NCBI GenBank assembly: GCA_051362555.1
Contig: CM120640.1
Span: 36,785,967-36,849,966, forward strand
DNA length: 64,000 nt
Direction: 5' to 3'
Origin: Lingula anatina
Taxonomy: Eukaryota; Animalia; Brachiopoda
Under the pieces are notes generated by a model. The model was not told the DNA's origin. It did no database searches and worked only from the letters and a program-made list of their open reading frames with translations. The translations under genes were made by a program, and so were the position numbers. Positions 37,690 through 50,200 of this stretch are shown here, one piece after another (within the stretch, counting starts at the first letter, position 1; the number at the start of each line of letters is the position of its first letter).

Positions 37690-37770
37690 ATCAGAATCGT
37701 TTTTGAAAAATGACACTAGTCTCTAGTTGCCAGGTTCGTTTTAGAAAAACGACACAGGTTTCTGGTTGAT
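37690..37770. repeat. Inverted copy (about 2 units) of the 39-bp repeat at 29906-30057
   Basis: The reverse complement reads gtgtcgtttttctaaaacgaacctggcaactagagactagtgtcatttttcaaaaacgatt. Confidence 0.75.
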
Positions 37771-38753
37771 CACTTGGCACCTTGGTACGGAGTAAACATT
37801 TTTTTAAATACTCCAATATCAAAACTAGTATTTCAACTATATATCTAGACTTGGAAAATTGAACACAGTAGCTAAAAGAAAGAAGAAAAACAACATTTTG
37901 TAATTTTTCTTTATTTTCTTTCACACGAAAGAACATTATTATTATGATATAAGAGTTTTATTAGGTAACTTTATATCAGCCAAAATAAAAAGCTGCACAA
38001 ATGGCTAGGCAGCATTTCCTATAAAAATCTGAAATATAGAAAACTAATAATTCAATATAAAAGTTTTCTTTTTATAAAATATAAATTATTTAAAAGATTA
38101 AAGTAAAAATTAAACTAATTAATTTGTTTTTGGCATTTGAGGTTCAAAACACAAATTCAGGTAAATAATTTTCATTGTCAAAGCTTAAACAAATAATCAC
38201 AGTCAAATGTGTGCTCTTATAAAATAGAAAAAAAATTGCAATGTTAATGCAATAACAGTGAGCAACTATATATACACGTGTATTTATCCAACCCACTGAA
38301 GATGTAATGAAATAAAAATAAAATTTAATTGATATCAATAATATCTCCACAAATAACTCAGGACTTAACAAATATAAATACATGGACATGGCACAGCAAA
38401 ATAAAAATACAAATAGTATACCCATTCATATCTGAACTTGGAAGCTGTAAATCCCATCATTCAGGAAAAATTCCAAATGTTCATTGGTCCCCATTCATAC
38501 TGAATAAATGCAATTTTTTTTTCAAAATAGTCCCTGTATGCAGCAGAGTTATATTAAGTATAAGGTTAAGACAAAACTGTACATGTTAATACTGAAACAC
38601 ATTTGTACATACATCTCTCATCAGAGATGTTAAAATATCACATATTTGACCAATAGTCTCAGAAGTCCACTACATCGTATATATACAGCATGAAGTATAC
38701 ACCAATATACTTCCATGGTGTTCAAGTTCTTGTTTCTGTTCCAGGTGGGTGGC

Positions 38754-41121
38754 TTAGTAGTTGAGAGCACACAACATAGCCAGACCTCTCTTAATCCAGT
38801 GTTGCTGGGTCTTGTCAGTGGGCAGCTCCACTGTGCACACAAAGTTAGTGGACAGACCAGTGGTGGACAGGGTTCCTATAAAATATTAATATATATTAAG
38901 ACATGTACATGAAGTAATCTACCTTGGGATAAAATAGCACTCTTATACTAGGTTAATAATTTCTGTGTCAAAAAACAAAACATGCATGCACATACATTGG
39001 GAATTTATACATGCAGGGATAGGTTCAACTATAAATTTACCAGCTATTCAACTCCTAAACTTATATAAAAATTCTTTTTGTTAAAGGGATAATAACTCTT
39101 CGTTTCGGCCAAAAAATGAATTTTCCTGAAGTAAACAACAATTTTCCCATACTTACCAATGGTTATTGAATCCATTTTTACATTCAAAGTTAGTCCCTGT
39201 TTTTTTTCTAAAAAGTTTGGTTTTTTGTTAAAATCTCTTAAGAGATTTTAACAGAGTACAGCCATCAATGGCGGTCACGTGGTCTAAAGACGAGCTCAGA
39301 TATCAGAATAATAGCTATGACTGCCGTTTTTGTGGTAAAACAGAATATATTATATTTCTATGAGTTATTCACAATGTTTTTATTGTGAAATATAGATCTC
39401 ATACGAAGAGTTATTATCCCTTTAAGGTCTTAAATTTTCATTTTATAGGCAATGAAAAAAAAACCTTAAAAATTATTTCAAGACATTCTTACCTGCTCTT
39501 GTTAAAGTCTTATACACAGGGCATTCATACACCCCTGACTGGGGTGGAACTCTGCTGGCCTCAGGTTTCAACCATATACCAGGCATGTCTGTGTACAACT
39601 CCTTGGGCCTGGATTCCGTGAGCTTGTGGTTTGTGAAGTCCCAGCGCCCACCTTCTATGTATAATCCTCTGATGAAGCAGCCATCTTTTGGTGGTTCCTT
39701 GAGTTCCTGCCAGTCCTCATGCAGAACCTGGGGAAATATAACCAATACAAAGTGATACAGCAACCTAGCTAACATAATCATTGCTTTCCATTTTAAGTGA
39801 GTAATAAACATAAAACAGTTAAGGGACATTACATAGGCTTTTTGTTGTCCTTCTATGTTTTTTTAATGAACATGTTTTTTTTGTATGTAAATACAAGTAA
39901 CTAAAGTTCATAAAAAATTTAAGTTAAATATGATTTAAAAAAATAATAATAGCAAACATACCTCAAATCCAAAAGATATTGTGTCAATGGAAATGACCTT
40001 GGACCTGGCATAGTTCTGCAGAGTACCAGTTAAAAAGGCTTGTGGGAAGAAGAAACCAGATATCCAAAATACCTGCAACAAACAAAAATAAATTTTATAA
40101 CTCTTTTTACAAAACAATGAATCTTTTGTGAATAAATTTTCCATAAAACGTCAAATACAGTGTATATCAAGTGGTATAAGATATGAGAGAGAGAGAGAGA
40201 GAGTACTTACAGCAGGAATGCCATTGTCAATCCAGCCTTGAATGAACTCCATCCTGTGAACAAGATCTACCACCCAGGCAGCCAGAGGTTTCAAAGATGG
40301 ATAGGCCTACAATTTGTTAAGAAATACCATTGCAAAATATTCATCTTCGAATTATCAGTTTAAAATATCACTGATGAAGCATTGTCACATATTCATTTCA
40401 TATGAAGATTTTTCTTAATCTGAATTTCAATTATTTCTCAACTTTTATGAATTTAAAATGTTCATCAGTTTGAACACGAACAATCAGAAATCAAGTCAAT
40501 ATTGTCCAAATAACTAAATTTCTAAATGCATCCATCAGGCATCACTAACAAAAATTCGAGAAAAATGACCATTTTTCAATTTTGCTTAAATTTGTAAGCA
40601 ATAATAGCAATAACCAATAAAACATATAAAGCACTTAATTAATTCTGACCTTTCCTGCCCACATTCCTGGGACAGTGTTGTTGTAGAGACTGTTAGCCAT
40701 GTCCTCCAGTTGCTGAGACATCACCACCAAACCCTTCAAAGCTTTTAGCATGTCCTTCAGGCTACTCTTGATGATAGCCAGTAGCTTATTAAATCTAGGA
40801 AAAAATAACAAACAACTGTCATTATCCATCTTATTTAATGCTTTGGTCTAAATGACATTATTTAGTGTGAAGTATGAAATGATAATTATAACTGCATTAT
40901 CCTTGTTTATACAGGTATGCAGACTGCATTTGAAATAATTGTTCAGAACTATGTCAGGTAGTTGTTCATATGGCTATTTATATTTATCTTTATTTTTATT
41001 TTCTATCTATACTTGAAAATGGCAAATGCACTGAGCAATATCCAATATGCTAAAGACAAAATATTACTGGTGATAATATTGTACTAATAATACTGCAATG
41101 CATCATGAAACATTAAAAATC

Positions 41122-41203
<82 letters not shown>

Positions 41204-44200
41204 CTATGCCCATTAAGCAGATCTTAACAATACCTGATAACCTCCTGTGTGAGTACTGTGTTCATGGACTGTTCATATAACACAGGGAACTTCTCCATTA
41301 CTGGACCTATAGGTATGGGGTCTGGCACCTGCTCCAGGATGGTCTTGGCAGCATCCTCCATTACCTAAACAATAATATACCACATATTACCAACATACTT
41401 CATCTGGATATTATTTCTAAACTGCAGCTTTTATATTATATAGTTAAGGGTACGGGGAGTTTACTATTAGACAGCAACGAGCTAATTGTTTTATATGTAA
41501 AATTTATTTGAAATTAAATGAAGACTCAATTCAGGATCAAATGGCTGGATGAAATTGCTTACTGTTTTTAAAATACCAAAATCATAAGTACTGAAATACA
41601 ATCCAATCAACAAAATTTTAAAAAATTACACGATTTTCAATTCAGCCCCTATGGAGATAGGCCAAGGAATTATGCACAAAGAAGTTCTGATGTAATTAAG
41701 TGTTTTACCTCCTCTCTTGTCTTGCCTTTACCACTTGTAGACTTGGGCTGCAGGGCCAGCAAGGCTTCCAGAAGCATAAATGTCTCATTCTGAGCAAAGG
41801 TGATGTTGGCATTGTTGTGCAAATGGAAGATCTCAGGATTGTCATTGATGGGTAAGCTCTTGATGTACTCCATGTAACCCTGATAACACAACCAAAAAGA
41901 TTGAACTGACTGCCCAAGGTGTTTCAAATATAAAAATTAAAATGTTGTCTGTTTTCTGAATACACATACTATGTGAAGAAATAACCCACATTATATACTA
42001 ATTTAAACAGAGTCAGAACCTTTTTAAAGAAACTTTAAACTGTTTCAATATGCAATCTGAGTGCAAATCATGAAACAGATTCTAACAAAATTATGTCTAC
42101 AAAAATAAAATAATTTAAAACACTTACATGATGATCATTTTCTGTATTAATCTGCTTATAGATGCCAGACTCAGAGTAGACATGGTCTTCTTCCAGGACC
42201 ACAGGGTTGTAGAAGTCTGCCAGGATGCTCATGAGACACCTCCTGTCCCAGTCATCTGTCACACGGCCACCATAGTTGATATGGCCTGCTGTGTACATCA
42301 GCACCTGGAACCAACAAGAACTCTGGCTCAGGGTCTATATTCTAAACATGCACTGTTTATTTACTTTTTGGTATAAAACAGAGCCCACTTATATACACAG
42401 TATGCATACACATAAAAGCATATGTTAATAGCATATATTTCATTTCTGAACCTATCTTCCCATACAGTCTTGTTGAAAACTGTTGAAGATTGCATGCATG
42501 TGGACAAAGTACAACCAATTATTTTTTGTGATTTGGAGAAAAATCATGAAAAAATGAAAAATTGTCTGTAAAACTAAATGTTCAGGTTTTTATGTGATAT
42601 TGAACTAAAGCTTCAATCTTAGTAAAAAGTAACTGTAGGAGACAGATGACCCCTTTCCAAATATTACCCCATTATTCCATTACAAGGAGGGGTGGGTTGG
42701 GGGTAGAGAGGAATAAAAAATATTTTTTTGAGTCTCATAAACTAAACAATAGATGTCCACAATACCTTGTAAGGGATGGTTTCATATTCCGCAAGGAACA
42801 TCTTGAGCTGGCTGACACAGATCTTTAAGTCACCATCAGTGAACTCGTAAGGGATGTTGAAGCCGAGAGCACCAAACTTCCTCCTCTCTATGCTGACTCC
42901 GTGGAAGAGACACAGGGAGAACAGCAGTGATTTGAACTCATGAGTCTGAAACAACAATGGGAATATTTATCAGCATTTCATTAGCATAACAATTAAATTA
43001 GTTGTAGGCATATGAAGAATTTAGTGTCTAATTCAATAACTGGATAATAAAAGTGACAATTTATTGATTTGTAACAAAATGAATGAAAAAACGACATATG
43101 AATACACAATTAACAGATACTGTATTTTTGTTGATATATTCATTAAATGTAAACAATCCAAATGCTACTTTGTATGTAAAGCAAACCATGAGAATGGCCA
43201 ATAAGGATGGATGGATGGATGGATGGTTGGATTGATGAGGGTTCTAAATGCATTTTGATCATGTTTTGTTTTCTTAATCTTAAATTTTGCATCTGTATTC
43301 ACTGTTCACTTTATCATCTAAATATCATGCATGCATCGATAAAAATGCAAATGCAATCATTAAATTTGAAAAAAAAAAAACCACACTATGGCATGACCTC
43401 AAGACTTCAGTCAAGTGCCTAGCAGGTGATTTTCATGAACTAAATCAATTTGCTGATCACTTCATTTTGAAAGCTGAGAAAGTGTGCAGGCAAAAGAATG
43501 AACTAGAGTAAAAATGACATATTGGATAATTGGTGATCTATAATCTACATAGATTATAAAAAAAGAACAGAATGTCAGAAAGAGAAAGTTTGACATGACA
43601 CATGTCATGTCAATGTCAGTGACACTAATAAGACTGCATGGAGTTTGCATTATTTCTAGCTTCTACATTTGTATACAGACAAAATTATAAATATCTTAAT
43701 CAAAAAGTATGAAAATCTAACACAGAGTACCCATATCACACTACAAATAATTTCTGTACTTAAAAATATAATTCCAAGGCAAATCAATAGAGTATCAACA
43801 GAGGTGGCAAAAAACTAGATAGTACTCCAAGTACTAATAAAAAAAAACAAACAAATATGTGCTAAGTAGAATGAAGGACAACCTCCAAGATGCAAATCTT
43901 TTTAATACAAGGTGACAGGCAAATCATGCCTAACAGAAGTATGTGGAAATATAAACTATAAATATTAAAAGTAATCATCTAGCCTAGTAAATTCATAGAA
44001 AAAGAAAAAAATAATAAAGATTAGTTAATATCTATGTGTTAGCATCAATAAAAGACCATATACTTACTCGTTGTGATTTCTAGAAAAATGTGCAACAGAC
44101 AAAATTGTGCATTATACCAACATCAACAATATATGACAAACAGTTAAACATAAATCATGAAACACAGACAATGTAAAAGTGGCAAACTCTGATAGTTGCA

Positions 44201-47200
44201 CTGTAACTTTTATGACAACTGTCATAAAAGTGATACTAGCGGCAAAGGGTAAATTCTGAACACATACACTATAAGTCTAATCATAGATTGCATCGTAATT
44301 CATTCAGAGAGCTTTTGTGATGTATGAAACCAGACACCAAAAATCATTTTTGTCCTATTTTTTTAAAAAAACACAGAGCTTGCCACTAAAACATTCACCA
44401 TTTTTTCCTTTTAATGTGTAGACTTTACAAATTGTGCAGTATCATAATGACATTCACATACAAACAATCAACAATTCAATGGTAGATCAATGCAGATCCT
44501 AAGATTAGATCCACACTTTCACTTTCACTGCTCAAACCAGAAAGCAAAAGTATGGAAAACTAATCTTAAATATTGCACATCTATCAAAGATCTTCAATCT
44601 GATGAAGCCTTTTTGTTATGATATATCAGTCGTCATATCTTTCCTTGACCTTTGAGGTTAGTGATAATGTTTGAAATTAACTTTATTATTACTTTTCAAA
44701 TATCTGATCTTATTAGAAACTTCAAGAGTGCTACCAATAACCCATAAACACATAAACAAATAGTGCTTTTTACAAACAAAGATTAAAGTTCATGCTGTTA
44801 GTCAATACACATACTGTTTGTGAGCAGTAAGACAAATGCATGAATTAAGATATTTACTCCTCAATTTCATTTTTATTCTTTTTTCAAAATATATCATTTC
44901 CAGTTTTAAAATTGTACTTTCCAACACGAAAAAAAAAATTATTTTTAAACATTACTAGCAAAATAGTCTTTTTGAAAAAATTAACCATCAGTATTTTTCC
45001 ATATTTTAGAAAATAATTTCCATGCATTTATCAACTCACATTCATGCATGCCTATAAATAAACACATCAAATATACAATATGCTTACCCGATCTCCTAAT
45101 GAAAGAAGGAATTCATCAGTAAAGCCAAAGTATGACTTCATCAAGTTGGCTTTGATTCCTTTAGGAGGTTCCACTGTCATCTTAGAGCCATTCTGTAAGA
45201 TGTACACAGGGAACTTTGGGCTTGGCATACTAGTCAGCCACAGACGGAAGTCACGATGAACCTACAGGATGAATGTAAAATTTTGTTGGTGAAATTATAA
45301 ACAATTTACACACACACACACACAAACATATATACACACACACACATGCAAACACACTTTAACGCAAATGTAAATAAATAACTTAATAAATAAATAAATA
45401 ATAATCTGGGTCTCTGATATGGTATTCATTATAAATATCACATTATAAACATTATAAATATCACTCCCAAACACAGTTTTCACTAAATTTCAACCATGTG
45501 TATATTCTAAACAATCTTTCTCCTTTAATGGAAATTAAAGTTTATACATGTTATTCTTGTTCTTTTTTTTCTTGAACTGTTAGTCAGTTACCTTGTCTGG
45601 GTCAATCTGCTCAATGAGTCTTTCCAGTGAAGGCATCCAGCTTGGTGCTAAGTGACAGTTTTGGAAAAATACCCACTTGCCCCTCTCCATAGCACTCCTC
45701 ATCATGGCCTCTGCTCTTGGACCCTGGTAGAAACCACAACCATATAAGACATGACATTCTGAACAACATCACAAAACAAAATATCTTATGTTATTCACAT
45801 AGTCAAAGTTATTACCTACAAATTAGCCCCAATGACCTGGACTGGGTTCCCATACCTAGATCGATCCATCTCTGAAGGGTTTCTCGCTAGATTGCTTTCA
45901 GCTTAAAGCTTTTAGCTTAGATGTCTGGCATGCCTAATAAATATGCTAAATGATAATTAATTACCCCCTAGCAGCTTAAGTAGGCGTGACAGATATCTAA
46001 GTCACTTACGTTGATTGCAATTTAGCGAGAATCCCCTTGGGGATAGATTAATCCACAGTTAGTATGACAGGGTCTGAGAATGGTCCCTAGGGCTCTACAA
46101 AGTTTAGAGGATGTCAGTTTACTTCAAAACGACAGTGAGAGTGGATTGCAGCAGTGTCAGTGTATGCCTTGACCTGGCAAAATAATATTAGTGAAACTAG
46201 CTTGATTGATTGATTGATTGATTGACATGAACTTTCAAATGTCCAACATCTATTGATCAAGTTTTTTTTCTCACCTGTCCTTGTCCCAGTGAAATGGCTG
46301 ATAATTTCTTAGCAAATCTCATTTCCTCTGCAAACTTGTAAAGGTCAGCTGCGGGGTCAGTGCCAGTGGACAGGACAAAGATCAGTGGTGTTGTTGGGGA
46401 AGAGTCCTTAAACACCTGGTGAAGATCTGCCGTCTGGAGTGGAATGATAAGGTAAAAATATTTATAATATTAAATTATTTTGGAGAGTTACAAATAATGT
46501 TTGCTTCATTTTAATATTTCTTTTACCTGAGTTGCCTTATGTTATGTATGATATAATGGAAAAGGATCGGTCTGTTGATTTGCAATCAATTTGCAATCTG
46601 CAATTTGCAATCTCAATGAACACTCAAACAAAACTTCAGTAGCATACAGTACTTAAAGTATACAGTATATAATATCATATATATGATGTATTATATAAAA
46701 TATGCATACATACATCATACAAGTATTCTATTGAAAACATGTCTTACCTGTGGTTCCACAAACCTCTGCCCAAGGTTCTTGGCAACAAAGTCTTGCATGG
46801 CATTAGTAATTTTATCTGATCTCAAACACTTGAGAACCAACAGTTTCTGAAAGTCATCTAGCTCTGTGTTCCAGCTTCCTGGCAGCTCCTCTCTGAAAAT
46901 AACCAAGTTAGAAATGATTTATCTTGAAATATCAAATGTGCAATAAGAGAGAAATTGTCAGTTCCTTAAAAAAAAAAAATATGCATTATAAGGACCAAAA
47001 AGTAATACATGCCACCAATTAAAAATATTGACCTATAGACTTAGAGAAAACTGCATTTGTTAGCACCCAACTGATCCTGGCACTGAGACTTGATGCACTG
47101 TGAAAAATTACCATGTACATATCAATAAGACAACAATTGTTACAGGAAAGAAAAATCTCCTAAAACAAACCTGTGAGGATCAGCGCTGTCAAAGATTTTC

Positions 47201-50200
47201 TTAAACCCTTCAACATGGGAGGGGAAGTCGTCTGCAAAGGAGGCAAACTTGGGCACAGCCGCCAGGGTGAGGATATCTCCCCAAGACCTTTCACTGAGCC
47301 AGTCCACAGCTGGGTTAGGCAGCTCCTTGGCCTTGTGTGTCCCTCCAGCTATCAGGAACCGCCACTCATCCTTTAAAATGAAGCCAATGGATCATCATTA
47401 TTTTGAACATAATATTTTTTGCAGTTTGGATAAAATGTTTGTAAAAATAGTGATTAACACCAATCATGGACAGTCAGACTTAAAAGGAAACAAAATGCAT
47501 AATGCTATCCCTGTGGAAAACATTTACTTACTAAGTTAATCTTCCCTTGGTGCATCAGTATTCTGGTGCAGAGCAAGAAAGCAAACAGCAACTTGTGTTT
47601 TTCAAACAAGCTGCGACACACATTGCTGTACAAACTGAAGGTGAAATACTCATTGATGTTGGTGATACGCTGAGGCAAGTTATCTGAAAAAATAAATAAA
47701 TAAATGAAAATAAAAAAACACTCATTTGTGGTATTCAACATTTCATAGCAAAGACATTCAAGAAACTGAACAAATGAGGTGGAAATTCTGGATCCAAAAT
47801 ATTATATTATATAATATCATATATAAACAATATATATAACAGCATTACATCTCCGCTATCATCAACTAAATTTCAACAAAACAGTTGCAGTTGTAACATT
47901 TATAAATACAGAACTTTTCGCACTATATTCAAGGCAATAACTTACCAGATCTTTCAGCATTAGAGATGCCACCTAAGAAGATCCTGATAAACCATTCCAG
48001 TGAGTACTGATACATAGGGTCAATGTTGGCCATGTCAGCCACACAGAAGAACAAGATCTGGGTATTCACTGCCACTGGGATGTACTGACTACGAGTCTCA
48101 TCTATTTCCTTCTCAGTTTGTTCTGCTACAACCACTTTGGCCTGTCAAATTATCAAATGTAGATAGATGTATTTTAATATCAACACTATTTAAAATTTAT
48201 GAGGTATATCTCATCTGATCCTCTGATATACAAGTTTGCAGCAAAACCAATTTTTTCTTAAAAGCCATAAGTTGGCAATAAGTTTATAGATACATGTACC
48301 CAGTTAAAAAGGAATACTGTGTGTGCATGGAAAAAGAAAAATCAATGTATGTTGCTTACAAATCTTCAGTGGTAGTAAATTGATATACTGAAGGCTGAAA
48401 ATATATCTATATTTAAATAAGTGCAAATACACACCTTGATTTCATCAGACTTTATCTTGGACGCATCCAAAGTGGCAATCAAATCCACATCATCAACAGG
48501 GCTGCCTTCTGCAGAACTCAGTCTTTCCAGAATCTTGTCTTCAATCTCCTTCAGTTCATTCTTCATCTTGGCATTGCTGATGATCAGTTGGTTCTTTGCC
48601 TCTTCCAGGTCAGGTCTTTCCTCTGCCACCACTGTTCCCAGCAGCTGGTCTTCAAGACCACTAAACATGGATGTGATATATATATAGTGACATATTTGCA
48701 TGGTGATTTGGACTCTTTTGAATTAATATTTAATGATCTTTATTTGACATTTGTAACTAAATACTTTCTTTGTTTTCAAGATTTGGTAAATTAAAAAAAA
48801 AAGCCTTGCATGCATAGTGTGTCAATTTTAACTTTATAATTAAACTGGTGCTAAATGAAAGAACACAACTGAAATCATATACTGTAACAAGGATTTTCTA
48901 ATTCATCTCCCCATTTATTTCTATCACTCCTACAGTATGACATGTGGCAGGGTTAAACCAGCAGTACCATAATGTCACAGGCTGTATGCCTCTGAATACT
49001 CTACCTTGGTGAGAGTGTGAAGTTGACCAGTGTGACCTTGGTGGAGACCTCTGGTGTATAATGAGGGTTGGGTAGTTTGGTGGTGATGTAGAATTTGAAG
49101 TCTTCATGGTAGGGAATCACTGCATCACCTAGCTTGATCACCAGACTGCCAGACTGCTTGAAGGTCTGCAAGAGAGTAAAAGTGCACATTTGCATATTCA
49201 GTGTGTCTTTAAATTTTTTATATATGTATTGCACTTTCTCTTTTCTATATTTTTTAATTTGTCCAAACAAACAGTATTTTAAAGAGCCTATGAATGTAAA
49301 CTCCTGCTCAATAATTTATCATCATTTTCATATTGCGATTTCTGATAATCTGAATGGACACTGCCTCAGTGGGTACACTATTACCAATTTAATATACTCC
49401 AAAATAGGATACTAGCAGAGCCACGTTTCTATAGTATTCCTGTGATATAATGTCAAAAAGAAATAATTCAGTATCTGACCTGCTTCAACAAGATGGGTTC
49501 CAGAGCAGGATCCAGTTCCTCTCCCACATTCTCCAGCAGACATGGTTTACCAAAGCGCACAGCATTCTCTAAACTACGCAGGAAATCCCTGTCTGACAGC
49601 TTGATGACATCAATTCCATTGTCTTTTTCCTAGTAAAATAAAAAGGACATAATTTAGCTACGATAATATAAATCTTTATAAATATACAATACCTTATATA
49701 AAATATTTTCTTGTATTACATAGTTGATGAGAAATTGCTATAATTAAACAGAATCATGTATTTCTTTAGCATAGCTGTCTGAACTTATTTTTTACACCCC
49801 CCCCCAAAAAAAAAAAAACACTTGTGATATAAAACAGCAAAACTTAGGGAAAATGACTATATATCAACAGAAAAAAAGCATAATGCAAACAAATCCCGAT
49901 TCAATATCATTTCTGACTGAAGTGTATATAAATATGTTCTGCTCTAAAATCTACCATCAGAGAACCCCCTAATATTCCTCACAAACCTCAGCCTTCCACT
50001 TACCAAGTTCTTCACCCATTTATTTGCCTGCCCCTGTGGATCTATGAAGAGTGGCCACCTGCGAGAGTACTGGACCACAACCCCATTCTCCACTGAGAGG
50101 TTGTCCTTGGGGAGACCAGCAATCTGCCAGCTGCGGACCTTCACTGGATCAGCCAAGGTACTGATCAGAGTGGGGTCATCTGTGGTGGGCACTTTGTTCT

